NCBI RefSeq assembly: GCF_009914755.1
Contig: NC_060930.1
From: the human T2T-CHM13v2.0 reference genome, Homo sapiens
DNA: 64,000 bases
Strand: one strand, 5' to 3'
Shown here: one piece after another, positions 43,296 through 58,800 of the stretch
Layout: every line of letters starts with the position of its first letter
Position numbering within the stretch: the stretch's first letter is position 1
Position numbers and translations under genes: made by a program
The notes under the pieces: generated by a model
Told to the model about the DNA's origin: nothing
What the model saw: only the letters and a program-made list of their open reading frames with translations
Databases searched by the model: none

Positions 43296-43847
43296 TATAA
43301 GCTTGTATTTAAAAAATACTTTTGCTTTAGTTATAATTAATTTCCAAGGCTCCACAGACTTGATGGCAAACTCAATTGTCTAGCAAACCTCACCCATACA
43401 GACATATTTGAGAATTACAGAGAGAAAAAAAAAAGCCTATGACAAATCTAGGCTTCATAGAGGTATCTCTGAGATGTTGTCTCAGAATGTTTTGTCTTAC
43501 TGAATGCACAGTTTTAAATTCTAAGTGAAGGAATATATCGAAAATGTTTAACAAAGTACCTGCCACTGTATTATGTGAATTTAAATGACTGCTCTTATTA
43601 CAAGTAGGCATAGTGATAGTATTGACAAGTGACAGTCTAATGACAAAAAGACAAAAATAGCGAAGCATAAATGTAAGAATGCAAAATGCTTAGTCACATG
43701 AGATATTTTGGCATGAACACTGGAAGCCCAGTATGCTTTAGTAATCCCTGAGGACATTGATATGCCTTAGTACTGTGTGATGATTCTCACTAGTGTTGGT
43801 CACCCTGATTTTCTCAGTAAAAGTTAAATTACATTTAACATCATAAC

Positions 43848-43928
43848 ATTTTAGAATTATTTATATACAAAATGATCCCATTAAAATATTTTAGAATTAT
43901 TTATTTACAAAATGATCCCATTTAAAAT
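43848..43928. repeat. Tandem duplication of a 40-bp unit
   Basis: attttagaattatttat(a/t)tacaaaatgatcccatt(t)aaaat x2. Confidence 0.92.
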
Positions 43929-44335
43929 ATGCTATTGCTTAAAATAACCACAGCTCAGCAACACACAATATTTGACTAAACCATAATGACCAAATTCCTT
44001 GAAGGTTCTGGATAGATGAGGTTATCTAGAATTATTCCTTTTTCATGCTAACATGAGCAACTCAAGCATCTGGATCACTTAGGGATTTTTTTTTTTTTTT
44101 CTCCAATCCAGGTCAGGTACCTAGCACAGTGTGTGGCACATAGTAGGAGTGCAATAAATATTTATAATAGGAATTGGTGAATGAATGAATGAGGAGCTAG
44201 TTTTTATATTTTGGGGAGAGAAGTGGCAAGTTCTTCAAGTCTTTACCTACACTAGTCGCACTACCGTATGCCATATAAGAAGGTTTAAATGTCATCTGTA
44301 AATAAGATCAAATCTAAGGAAGACCTCTAAGTTTG

Positions 44336-44635
<300 letters not shown>

Positions 44636-46509
44636 ACCCTCTAAGTTTGCTCTAACAAGTAGAGTAACTCTGTATCCCAGCTTACCCCACGTAGAGTCCC
44701 AGTTTACACTTGGTATCTCAGCATCCCTTTTGGATAGAGAGTTTACTTTCAAGAAAGTCTTGTTTGCATGATGAATTTAATGGTTATTCTAATTAAAGTC
44801 ATCACGTCCTTACCAAAGGTTTTTGAAATAAAAATGTAATAATCAAGAATTTCCCTTTTTCTGTCTCCCCCTTCTCTTCTCCCTTCCCCTTCTTTCCTAT
44901 CTTAGGATGACTTTTACCATGGGCATTGCACTTTTATCTTTAATACAAGACAATATGTGAAAAAGCTCTTTGAAAGGAAAGATGACTTGGGAAATAATTG
45001 TTCCATTTTTTTAGGCTTGGCTTCCATAGGAAGCTCTTCTAATGCATTCTGTCATGTGATTAATTTGTCAAAATTCCATACCTGTCAGAAATAATGTAAT
45101 CTTTTCAAGAACATACACAGTCTTATTACATGAAGTGATGTAATCCTATACTATTTATCTCCTCTGTATTCCTCATTCTCTTATTTTCTATTATTCTTCA
45201 AATAGAAGAGCTAAAGTCCCAACTAATGGGGATGTTAGAGATCATGCTAGAGCCTGGGAAAAAATGATTAATGTGGTTTGGTGGGATGCCAAGACAGATG
45301 CGCCACACCCTGCTCGGTGCAACAGCTGTTGTAGTAAAGACTGAAGGCATTACATAGGAGCATCATGTGTGACATCGAACGGGAGACAAAATAGTTTACT
45401 GTGGCTGAGACACTGACATTTACATATTCTTAACCATTATGTTATGTGTGTGCTGTTGGGGTAGTTATTATCCTAGGTTTTTCTCATTATTTATAGGTGT
45501 TTGTTTTAAAGAGAAACAATGATGAAAACCATGGTATAGAGAAAAAATGAGGAGAGGGTGTGTTTGTGTGTGTGTCTGTGTGTATATGTGCATGCATGCA
45601 ACATGACTGGAAGTGTGGATTACCCATTGGTATTTCTCCAAAGGGGATTTAGAAGGGTTAATTCTTTCTGCGCAGGGCTGACAGCACATGACACAACTAT
45701 CCAACCATGCCTTCTTCCAGATCTCAGTAGCAGTCCCAGTCACAGTGAGAACCCCAAACTCCCTGCCGTGTTTTCACACTCTCCTGGCTACCCAAGAGAT
45801 GCATGATTTTCATCAGAGGAAGATACTGTGTATCCTAAAAATTCACATCTCATGGACTTAAAAAGATCTGGAAAATGCAAGGCTTAGAAAATGTTAGTGA
45901 AGCAGACTTTTAATGGCCCAGAATGAATCACTCAACTTGGCTGGAAAAAGCATTCTCTTCTATAGCTTCTGACAATGAACCATGGCATGGCTGCCCAGAT
46001 ACTTAACATTGCAATGAGGGCATCCACATGACAGTATAGGCAGCAAAGCACAACCCCTCAATACCTTAGAAAAGCAACTCACAGTTGGTTTCCCAGTAAC
46101 ATCATTTGACTGTAGGTGCTGCTTAGAAAGAGTCAATAAGCTCCAGATCCTGAATTCAAAGCCTTTTCCTGACACTGGAAGAAGAGCAGTGTGAGGCTTC
46201 AAATTGTTTCCAAAACGCCTACATTTCCAGCATCTTTTCTCTTTCCATTCCATTTCCAATCAGCTGCATTCCATCTAGCAAATTCTTGATATTAGGGCAT
46301 ACAGATTTTTAGAAAATTGAATTTTATTTCATGGAAAGGTTATTTTTTTGTGCAGTTAGAATTAGTGATCTTTGAGGAATATTGGGAATAGTTGGCTTTT
46401 CACATATTGATAACTGCTTCTTGATTTATTGTTTATCAGTGCTCTAAACAGGGTTTGGAAAATATTTGGAACTGATTCCTTTTATTTGCATATATGATAT
46501 ATCCCCATG

Positions 46510-46836
46510 TGTATTAGTTTTCACACTGCTGATAAAGACATACTCAAGACTGGGCAATTTACAAAATAAAGAGGTTTAATGGACTTACAGCTCCACGTGC
46601 CTGGGGAGGCCTCACAATTATGGCGGAAGGCAAAAGGCATGTGTCACATGGGGGCCGACAAGAGAAGAGGGCTTGTGCTTTTTAAAACCATCAGATCTCG
46701 TGAGACTTATTCACTATCACAAGAACAGCATGGGAAAGACCTGCCCCCATGATTCAATTACCTCCCACTGGGTCTTTCCCACAACATGTGGGAATTCAAG
46801 ATAAGATTTGGATGGGGACACAGACAAACCATATCA
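46510..46836 (-). mobile_element. THE1 (THE1B-like) MaLR solo LTR
   Basis: tgtattag..ttcacactgctgataaagacata...gatttggatggggacacagacaaaccatatca; 5-bp TSD CCATG at 46505-46509 and 46837-46841. Confidence 0.93.
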
Positions 46837-49081
46837 CCATGTTTCTTACAGTGCATTGTTTTGTCTGTCTTTTCCCCTATGGCCATACATTGTGAATCCA
46901 TTTAGTTAAAGCAACTGAGTGGCCATTAAATGTTTTGTGCTAAATGTAAGAGATAAAACTGGAAAAAAGAAAAGGGGGGGAGGACAGTGCAAGATATCAG
47001 CCCTTGTTGCCTAGTCAAGAAACAGAGGAATCGTGAAAGAAAGCTTATTTTCCATGTTTGCAATTCCTGGGAATGACCAAACTGGTTTTGCAAACCATGT
47101 GAATTGAGTCCATGTGTATGCTAGGGGTGAGGGAGTTATTGAGACTAGTTTATTTGAGATATTCTGGGTGTCTTTTACTTTCTAAATATTCTTACTCCTT
47201 TTCTTATGGGGGAAAGAATTTTATGCAATAGACTTTCATTAAATTGAATTTTCACAACCAAATTGAAGCTGTTATCAGTTGGTTGAACTCTTGCTAACTG
47301 AATGACTATAAGGACAGGTTTCAATTTCTTCTTATTTAAAGAGTCTGATTTTTTTCAGCTGCTATTTTTTTTCCTCATATTTTCATGTTGCCTTTATCCA
47401 GTTGGCTGTTTACATTGTCAGTAATAAGAGTTAGAACTTCTAAGTGTGACATGTGTTTTTTATTTCAAGGACTTCTACTAAAATTGTTTCTTTTGCATGC
47501 ATGCTATGGAAGGCTTGCTTAAAAACTTTGAGAAGACTCTAAGTAGAGCCCAGAATTTCGCTAAGAATGTGGACCTTTTCTTTGGTAAGTTGGCCATCCT
47601 GTAGAAAGCGAATGGCAGTTTCCTAAAGAAAACCCTAATATGGCTTCTTTGAAAAAAAATTGCCAACATGCAGTGCCAAATCGTATTTAGTAAAACCTTG
47701 TCCCCAAATAAAACCAGGGAAATAGGCACAAAGAAGAGAAACAGGATACATCAGTGCATGTTGCAGGAGGGTTGGATTTGTTGAAAGATTAATCATAAAG
47801 TATGTGGACAAAAGTGAATTAAATAAGTATAAGATACAATGTCACTACCTATTTATTCATCTTTTAGCTAAATATATGCCTTCCCATGTCTGCGGACTTT
47901 TCCTCTCTTATTTTGACCAGCGCCAGCTCACCTCTGCTGGTGCCCACACTGGATCATGCTAAATTCAGGTCAGCATGCAAAGGGAATCAGCCTGCTTAGC
48001 TAGTGGATTTTCTAGGCATAATTTATACATACATAATTTTTAGTGTCAGGCCAAGCATTTTCATTTTTATAATTTCTTCTTTCTGATAGTAAACCATTTA
48101 ATTTGGAGCAAATATAAATGATTCCTAATGAAGCACAAGTGAACAGAAGGAAATTACTTTTGTTAAACTAGTACTTCAATGTATTTTTCTCTCCCTTTCA
48201 AGTAGAGGATGACTATGAGAAACTGATACACAGTATTATTCATTATCTGGTTAGTTCACTAGATCAAGATGTTGATGTGTGGTGTAGAAAGGTGGAAAAA
48301 GTTAGAGAGTTAAAAACAGGTTGATACAAGCTGTTGAGAAAAAAAAATACAATGAGGCTACTTATGTTTTAAATCAAGAATATGTTTTCAGTGAAAATAC
48401 TCTCTAATGATTCACAGAAGAATGTCAACTTGGACTACATCTGCTGAAAATCAAAGTGTAAGTAGTTATATGGCATTGAATTCTGGCAGGAGTCTATGCT
48501 GTGATATGAAACGAAAGTTCCCATCAAATGACAATACTTTATTTTTCTGCCTTTAAGAGTAGTTTTCTGACTTTAAAAAATGTTAACAGCATTTTTTCTC
48601 CTTCACATTACAAAGATAAATTGGCAACGTGCCTGTATGATTTCCAGAGTAGGTTTCTTAAAATAATTTTGATGGGAAGGTAATTGTTTAATGTCAGTGT
48701 ATAAAGTTCTCCCATAGTTTAAACAAAATTAAATAAGAGAAAACACAAAGAGGAGGTTTTGTATAATTACTGGGAAAACATAGAAGGAACAATTAGGTAG
48801 TTAGACCTGAAAAGAAGTGAACTAGGGTTTTCAAATTTCATACTATTTATAGGGTTCCTTGCATTATTCTCTGACATCACTTGATTTTTTTGTTTCTGAG
48901 TTTGCAAATCAGAATAGCAGCATATTTATCCATTAATACATATTTATAGCTTTTTGCACTTATATATTTTCTATTCAAGAGTTTCATGATAAAATGAAAT
49001 ACACTGAATACATATTATGTGCAAAACAACACCATTACAAAAGTATACACTGATACAGATGCGAGTTAGAAAATTATATGC

Positions 49082-49427
<346 letters not shown>

Positions 49428-49831
49428 CTAATATAGGATTCATTTAGCAAAATTCATGAAAATAGACATAGTGTTTGTGCCCTGAACATCATATTGAAGG
49501 GTATCCCAGTCAATTAAAGGATAGTAATAAAGTATAAAAATTATTATTGATTACCTTATTTTTTACAGTGTTATTTTTAAATACCTTGGAGATATCTTAA
49601 ATTGTTATTTAGAATGTACAATTTAACATAAATTTAACTGAAGTTGGGACCTGCTTTTTTATGTTAAATTGTAGACTTTTTCTTACTCAATTGCCATAAA
49701 TTCTAATAAATTCTAACTTTTTTGCATAACAGTGGAGAGAAAGTTTGAAATGGTTCATATGAGCAGCTTTGATTTTGGAATGAGACTGGGGACACAGCTC
49801 AAGGTTTCCTATTTTCTCCTGTCCCTCTCTT

Positions 49832-50400
49832 CTGGAATCAACCCAAGTGCCCATAGTGAATGAATCGGTAAAGAAAATGTGGTATATGTATACAATGGAA
49901 TATTATTCAGCCATAAAAAGAATTAAATCCTGTTATTTGCAACAACATGGATAGAACTGGGGGTCATTATTTAAGTGAAGTAAGACAAGCACGGAAAAGC
50001 AAGTATCACATATTCTCACTCCTATGTAGGAGCTAAAAAAGTGGATCTCATAAGGATAGAGAGTAGATTGTAGATTGGTGTTTACCAGAGGCCAGGAAGG
50101 GTAGGAAGGAAGGAGGGATCCAAAGATTTTGGTTAATGGGTACAAATATAAATTAGATAGAAGAAATAAGAGCTGGTGTTCAACACGTCAGTAGGGTGAG
50201 TATAGTTAATATTAATCTATTGTACATTTCAAAATCTCTAAAAGAGAATAATTGGAATGTTCCTAGCATAAAGAAAATACAAATATTTAAGATGATGGAT
50301 ATCCCAAATACCCTGATTTGATTATATGAATGTATCAAACTATCACACGTACCCTCAAAATGTGTCCTTCTGTTACGTACCAACTTTAAAAAGAAAATAA
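49832..50400 (+). mobile_element. L1MA 3' end
   Basis: tggaatcaacccaagtgccca...aagaaaatgtggtatat...ccataaaaagaa...tgtacatttcaaaat. Confidence 0.88.
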
Positions 50401-52524
50401 CATCATATAACAACTATAGCCCTTAGATGCAAAAAGACCTGAGTGCAAATATCATTCCCTTTCTTACTAACATCTAAGTTTCATATAGTCTTTTAGCTTC
50501 ATCGTTTAACCCCGAAATCTGGTACCATCCTCTTCTATTTTCTTGATGACTAAATTAGATGGCATTATGTGTACTGTTTGACACATAGTTAACACTCAAT
50601 GAAAGATAGTTATCTTCAGCCTTTGTACAAATAACTCTAGAGAAATATTAGTTGACCTATTGAAATGTGGCACAATCCAGGGCTCACCCCTCTCAGGATC
50701 ATTAGCATTAGATTGAGGGTATTTCCCTGCATACCTCTCTCTAATACCAGAAACTCAATATTTTAGTAGTCACAGGGAAAAGATGATAGCAACAGTGCCA
50801 TGGGTGAACTGTACTCTTTTTCTGTTCTTTGAGCATAACCATAATGAATCAAGAGGAAAAGGGGAAGGAACTGAGGAGTTGCCCACCAGCTGTTTCTACT
50901 GACTGTGGGAGGAATTTCCTTTGCTCTTTTGTTCTAAAAGATATCTAGATCATTTCAGCAAAAACCCATATTTTTAAATCAAAAAAAAGATCTATATGAT
51001 TCTAGGGACACAGACACACACACACATACACACACACATACCCCTTCTTTACACCATTGTAGAATTGTAAAATTAACACGTACAGCTACCAAAGATTGCA
51101 TCATGACACAGAAGGATTTCTAATGGCAGTACTTAATACCTCTCCAAAATACCTTAAGAGGGAAAACCACTTTGGTACATCTGTTGTCACTGAGTGGTGA
51201 GCACTTCTTATATTATCTTTATTCTCTAAGTAGTTGCTCTTCGTTATTTATTCATTGGCTCTCTAAATACAGCACTTACCCTTTTTATTCCCTGTCTGAT
51301 TTCTAAAAATGGAACATTCATAAAATAACTCAGTATTATATAAAAATTTCTAAAGTGAGAATCTAGCTATATATCTGGAGGCTTAAACTCACATTGTTTT
51401 GTTACCAACACAAATGTTGAAATCTACTGAAAGAGTGTAGTCAACTTTTCCCTGAGCAAATTCATTTTGATGAGGCACTGTGGGAATTTTTGTCTGGAAC
51501 TGGGTGTCATATGCTTACATCTCTGTCTAGGCTACTGATTCAGGGAGCTGTGCAATATAAAGATGAAATGTGATACACACACACACACACACACACAGCC
51601 AGGAGAAATAAAATGTGAACCCAAAAGAATAACAGAATGAATCTATTTGCAAATGTAGTAAATTCCCATGTTTATAGAGAAACAAGAGGGAGGGTAACAG
51701 GGGACAAGACCAGTAAGAATTAGGGAAGCACATGGCTTATAGAATTGTTCATTATCTGATGTTTCCATGAATTGTGACACTCTAGGAGTGGAGTCTCAGC
51801 CCCTCCAGCACCCACTCTACCAACTTGGGCCCTTCAGTGCCTCGGTTTTATCATGGGGCTAATAACAATGCCTGCTTTCTACAATTGTTATGAGGATTAA
51901 ATTAGCTATAACTAAAACACTTCCAGCAGCATCAAGTGCTATTTTTATTATTTCCATTACTAATTTTGTGTTTATGCATTTTGTGGAAAAGGAAACATGA
52001 ACATTGTGTGGTTCAAATAGCCAAAAAAAAAATAAAATGTGATTACACTAAATTAGAATTTATGTGATTTTATTGCACCTGAAGGTTAACATGATTCTGG
52101 GATTCTAATAACAAAAAAGCTTTAAAACCATCTTGATTTGTTTATACAGAAAAACAGGAATTGGCCTGATAGAGAATGAAAACTATGAAATAGCTGGCTG
52201 TCTTGCTTTATTGATATTTTTCACAGGCTTTATTTAACTCCCAAAGACCTAGCCTAAACAATAGTATTTTTAGAGGACATAGTCACATAAATAATCTTTC
52301 TCATTTTGCTCTAAATGCCTGCTTTAACCACAGGGGGAAAAAATACAACTTTGTTCTTGTATGTTTAAGTCAAAGATAGTACACATAGTATATAATGTTA
52401 ATTCCATATTAAAATGACCATTTGAAGAAAGTGTTCATTAAGAAAGATTACATTTACTTCAAGGAATTTTCTTGATATCAAGCAATATTTATTTTTCATA
52501 ATTGAGCTTATGTGCCTAAAATAA

Positions 52525-52984
<460 letters not shown>

Positions 52985-54409
52985 TAACAGGAGTGTCTCA
53001 GGAATTTAAGCCCTTTATTTGGACTGACTCCCCTGTTCACTTATTTTTCTCAGTTCAGTGAGTGTTGCCAATAAGAGAGAGATTAGACAAAAAAGACAAA
53101 GCACATCATCTCTTTTCTAATGTGGATGTTACTCAGTGATGAGGGGAGAGCAGATAAGATCCCCAGTTACCAAAGCGATTAATAACGTCATTCTGTCCAT
53201 TCACACTCATTCAGCCAGTGTTTATTGAAGAGCTTTGTTTGTCTCTGTCACTGTGATCCTACAGGAAAGACAATACCTCCTCTTAACCAAGGTTGACAAG
53301 TAGCTACTCCTAGTTTAATAATTTTTGTAAAACTTTCAGAGCTGTTTTTTTTTTCGTATTACAAATTTACTACATTGGATCTACTACACTGTAGATTCTT
53401 CAGACAGAAAATACATATGTTCATGCTAAATAAAACAAAAATAATCTCTAGTTTCAGCACCCACAGTCTTCTAGTCATAGAGAGCAATTCCAGTTGTTGG
53501 CTTGAATAGTAAAGCTTTTTTCTAACACAAAACATTTGAGACTACTAACTTCCTATGCATTTAGTTATCAGTTAATGTAAGTCTGTGTGTAATAAATACG
53601 ACTTTCATTGAGTTTCGGGATGTCCTTCGTGTTCACGTGTAGCCCTGCCTCATCACCCACCTTAAAGTGGATTGCTTGTATCCAGTTTCTAGTCTCCTTG
53701 GCTCTTCGCATGAGGAGAGAGAGAAATGGGAAACCCTAATTCCCTGTTCACTTGATTCAACATCTACGATTTCATTCTATTTTAAAACTCTACCCTGGCA
53801 GTACCCTGCTTACTCATTCGTAGCTGCCTTCAGACATGCTATTCTCTGCTTGAACATAGTCGCTCTTAGTTCCTCAACTTTTATTTTCTCACTTAAGAGC
53901 CTGCTTCACTGAGAATCATTTCCTAGTGTCATGATTCTGAGGTGCCTTTTCCATCCACTCCTTCAGGCTCCTGTGCTCACCATGCCATGGCCTCAACACA
54001 CTGTGCTAGAATATTGTTTTACCCCCTGACTCCCTAACTGGACTTTGAGTTGGTAGGTAGCATTTTATCTGTCTTCCAAGGATCTTAGCCATCTCCTGGC
54101 ACATGGAAGTGGTCATAAAATATCTATTGGATATATGAATGAATAAATGGACTGACATCTTGTGGCAACATCCTTTCCCCCAGTAAAAACCAGAATGGAA
54201 TATACTTCTTATAGTCCAATGGTTCTGACTGAATAACATATTTATTTTGGTAGCAGAAAATGCCATTGTTTGGGAAAACTCAAGGCCATCTACTAACTTC
54301 TTTATTCTTGCATTGTCGTGATGATGTGACTGATTTCCACAGATCTCATAAAAATCATTCTCGGTATTCTATATTCTATTTCCTATGTATGAAATGTGAA
54401 TACTCTTGA

Positions 54410-54850
54410 GTCATTAATTCAACAAATTAATTCAACAGTTATTTATTGAATGTCAATTATGTTCCAGACACAATTTTAGGTGGGGCTACAGCAAAGTATA
54501 AAACAGACAAAAGTTTCTCCTTTGGGGTTTACATTCCAGTGGAGAGAGGCAAGCAATAATAAAGATTAATATACAAAACAGTATATTAGAGGTGGTAAGT
54601 GCAATGGAGAAAAAGCAGGAAAAGAAGAGAGAGAATGAATGGGGGGAAGGGGGTGACAATTTTGCATTGCCTGGCCAGGGAAGGCCTTAGTGAGAGCTGG
54701 GTCTCACTAAGGAGGAAATGAGGGCTGGGTCATGCAGCTGTCTGGGAGAAGAGTCCCAGGAAGAGAGAACAGCATGTGCAAAGGTCCTGAGGTGAGAGCA
54801 TGTCTGTTGTATTTTAGGAACTGTGTAGTCAACTGGAGAGCAGAGAGAAT
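54410..54850 (-). mobile_element. L2a fragment
   Basis: attcaacagttatttattgaatg...ggccagggaaggcct...gaacagcatgtgcaaaggtcctgaggtg. Confidence 0.8.
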
Positions 54851-54865
54851 GCTGCTAAATTCTAT

Positions 54866-54915
54866 TATCTATCTATCTACCTACCTACCTACCTACCTAT
54901 CTTCTATCTATCTAT
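54866..54915. repeat. (TCTA)/(CCTA) tetranucleotide repeat
   Basis: Seen directly. Confidence 0.9.
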
Positions 54916-57379
54916 TTAGTAACATTGTATCAGATTACTTTATATATATATTGTATAGGCTGTCAAACTTCATTCATATTTTTATTTACTAATTGACCAG
55001 GCAGTTATTTACCACCTACCATGGGCCAGGTTCTATCCTAGGTATTTTAAGGAAAGTAAAATCTATTAGATATAGTTCTTGCCCAAAAGAAGTTTACGAA
55101 ATAATCAGAGATAAGACACATACAGGACTCATGACACGAGATGAGCTCTCATAAGGAAATGACTACTCATTGGCCAGAGAAACAGCTAGAGAATGACATC
55201 TGGGCTTCTTGGAAGAGATGGCATCAAACTGCACCTTGAGAGGCATACAATGCCAACGGCACATCATATGCAATGGTGTAAACGGGGGCACACCCACTGA
55301 GTCACTGGCAGTGCAGGATCTGTGAAGGCAGGAGTGATAGGTAAGGTCAAAAGGAAAGCTTTGGTCAGCATTTGAAAGCCTTTGAATGAGTATATATTTT
55401 GTGAATTCTCTTCATTAAAAATGTTCTAAGATTTGTCATGATGTTCAGTGCCTTGGTCTTCATAATTCTGTGTTGCCCTCACCTAATTGCCAGCATATTT
55501 TAGTTAAATTCAATTAGATATTTCAGTTAGCTATATACATTTTTCAGATTGAAAGCTGTTAACAGGTTGTATAAAACCTGTTTCTTATACTTTAACAAAA
55601 TAATTTCCAAGTGTACTATGCGATTTTTAATTCTAGAAGGTTTTCTATTAAAATGAAAATGAAATGTATGAAATCTGTCTCTTATTATTTCAGTCTTCTA
55701 TAGGTTTTTGAGTGTAAATTAGGGAGAAATGCAGAATAATTTAAAATTAAAGTTACTTATAGAGAAAGCTGAATAGAAAAATAATGTGTATATAGCATTT
55801 GTTTTTCTAGAATAAAGTAAGCACTTATTTAGCTTTTAGGTTTCAACTATATTGTCTTTCTCTTGAGCAGATTTTACATACAGCTGGTATGACATATCTC
55901 AGTGTAATACATAATATATTACTAATGTCTTTAAATTCAGAAGATAAGAAAAAACTTTGAGATCAAGTTTTTAATTTGGGAAAGGTCTAATTAAACTCCT
56001 TACATTGGGATATTTGAGTTAATTGTTAAAGTGCTAATTCAGTTTATCAACCACTTGTTATCACATAGTTTTATCAACCTACACTGTGAAATAAAGGAGT
56101 CTAGGGTTTTTTTTTTTTTTTTTGGAAGGAAACGTATTTATCGAAAGAGATTTATTTAGATTATTCTACATATTCTCTGGGAATTTGTAGTGTTTCTTAA
56201 AGTTGGACTAAATGTTGAATGGGAGGATAGGAGGAGAAGGCGATGGACCCTACAGGTGCAAACTCTTTCCAAATCACCAGGGCTTTGGCTGTTACTCACT
56301 CACCCCCGCCTTCCTTGCTCTTGGAGCCTTCAGATTTTTCCCCAGTAGCTTCACCTTACAGCAAGGTTAGCAGAAGCAGTTCCACAGCATGCCAACCCCC
56401 CTCACTTTTGAATAATCCAGAGACTCCCTGTGCCACAGATAACATGCAATCATAAATCTTCTCAGCTTCAGCAATTTTCGTCTTCTAAATTCAATTAAGT
56501 TGAGCCCAGTAAGAATTTGTGGATCAAACAGTGAGCTCTATATAGATTCAAATTCAACTTAGGGTTCTGATGTTTGTTACTAATTTTCAGGAAAAAAAAA
56601 ATAAAAGAAAAATACTGCTGCTATTTTCTAAAGCTTCCTTATAAAGGTATTTCTTATTGAAACCAACTCATATTTCTCAAATTCCTAGACCACTATCTGT
56701 CATGCAATTTGAGTCTGTTTTCCAAATGGTAGAGTGCCAGAGAATCAAAAGCTGCTTGTTTTGCTTGCCTGATTTTCTTTAGCATTCTTTGGAGGATTTA
56801 AAGTATGGGGGGAAGAAAAGGAAACCTGACTTACATTAAGAGCTGAACATGAAAAAGGGATTAGGCAAAGCTTTAACTTTTTCATTATGCAAACTTTCCT
56901 GAACTATAATACATATCTTTATAGAGTTTTATTAATTGTTGGGGCTGCAATTTGGATTTTGCTAAAAAGTATTTACTACTAAAAACTTCAAGGTTGTTAC
57001 TAAACACATCAATCATTTTACATTTGGCCCCTTTGCATGGTGAACAGACCGTCCTTCCTCCATCTTTTGTTGGGGAATACCTGGCTGAAGGTCTCAGTGA
57101 AAAGCTAGGAAGATACTCCTCCTCTGAGGGAGACATCTGGCTTCTTGGCTGATTCCATGCACACTTTTGTTAATGGGCTCAGATTCCCCAGAATTCTTTT
57201 ATGTGGTTACATTGTAGATGGACTGTCTGCATAGTCTTGTCCTCTTGAATGATTTATGTAGAGGTTAAAAATACATATATATTTGGTCTGGTTCTTAGAA
57301 TCTACGCATAAGATTAAATGAATCTCAGCAAGTTCAGTTTTGGAAAAAAAAATTAAATTTATTATTACAAAGGCAATCT

Positions 57380-57625
57380 AGTAGAGGATGTAGATTCTCG
57401 AGCCAGAATGCTTAATTTGAAACATGGATTTACCACTTGCTAGCTATACAGTGTTGGACAAGTTATTTAATCTCTTTGTGCCTTCTTGGTTTCCCTAACC
57501 ACATACAGGATGATAATAACAATATCTACCTCATATGTTTCCATGAGGTTTAAATGGTTTACACTGTCAAAGCTTTTAGGACAGTGCCTGGCGCGACTAA
57601 GTACTCAGTGAGTGTTAGTCATGAT
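57380..57625 (+). mobile_element. MIR
   Basis: gagccagaatgc...ccacttgctagct...ggacaagttatttaatctct...tctacctcat...acagtgcctggc. Confidence 0.75.
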
Positions 57626-58039
57626 GTCATGATTATTCATGGTATTCACCAGACAAGAATATGTTCTCATTTGTGTATGATTTAGGATTAAATTTGGGAC
57701 TAATATTGAGTGGTTCAATGCTAATTTTGATAAGGCTCATGGAGGTGTGTGGTCACTTTTAGTGGAGAGTAACTTTAATTCCTTTTTACATAGTGAAAAA
57801 AAGAGTTCACCTTCCACTCACTAGACTTGATTTTGCAGACTCCCTGTTCTGATCTGGATTTTATTATGAGTGAAATGAAGTTAGTGACTCAGTGGTCCAT
57901 AGGTCATTAGTCTGTAGCTGCTCTGTTACATGGAAAAGTCCTGAATGACAAAGGTCTACTCAAGGGTGGGTTGGCAAGGTAATTTAGAAACCTGTATTAT
58001 TCCCAACCAAAATTGGAGCATAAAACCTTCTATTCACTA

Positions 58040-58800
58040 TCCAAAAAGGAAGTGAAATCAGCCCCACATAGAGATGTATGCACTCCCATGTTTATTGCAG
58101 CGTTATTCACAATAACCAAGATATGGAAAACAGTTGAAGTGTTCATAGATGGTTGAATGGATAAAGAAATTGCAAAATATATACACACAAAAAAAGAAGT
58201 GTTATTCAGCCTTAAAAAGGAGATTATGCCATTTGTGACAACATGGATGAACCTGGAGGACATTATGCTAGGTGAATATGGCAGACGCAAAAAGAAAAAT
58301 ACTGCATGATCTCACTTATATGTGGAATACACGTACTTTCTATAGATAGATAGAAATTGTATATAATTTCTGTTCCCTTCCTCAGGGTAATTTAAATGGA
58401 TATTTTAAAATAGAGGGCTATTAAGCTGTTGAAACATTTCAAATACAACTATAACCTATGTATATCTCTATATGTGGAATCTAAAAATAAAAAAGTCAAA
58501 TACATAGAAACAGAGGGTAGAATGGTAGTTACCAGAGATGGGAGGAGGGATCAGGAGGTGTGGATCAAAGTTTACAAAGTTACAGTTATGTACGATGAAT
58601 AACTCTAGAAATCTAAAGCACTGGTGTGAAGATTATAGTCAATAATACTGTAATGTATACCAGAAATTTATTAAGAGTATGGATGTTAGAAAATCTTTCA
58701 CAAAAAAGAAAGGTGACTGTGAAAGAAATGATATGTTGATTGTCTTATCATTTTACTAAGTATATGTGTATGAAAACATATGTTGTACACCTTAAATATA
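58040..58800 (+). mobile_element. L1MA/MB 3' end interrupted by a templated insertion at 58329-58468
   Basis: tgcactcccatgtttattgcagc...acatggatgaacctggaggacattatgcta...gatctcacttatatgtggaat / ctaaaa...tgttgtacaccttaaatata. Confidence 0.85.

Noticed and set aside
56821-56829. MEF3/SIX-type site GAAACCTGA suggesting SIX-EYA autoregulation
   Set aside because: A single 9-mer is expected by chance in a window this size.
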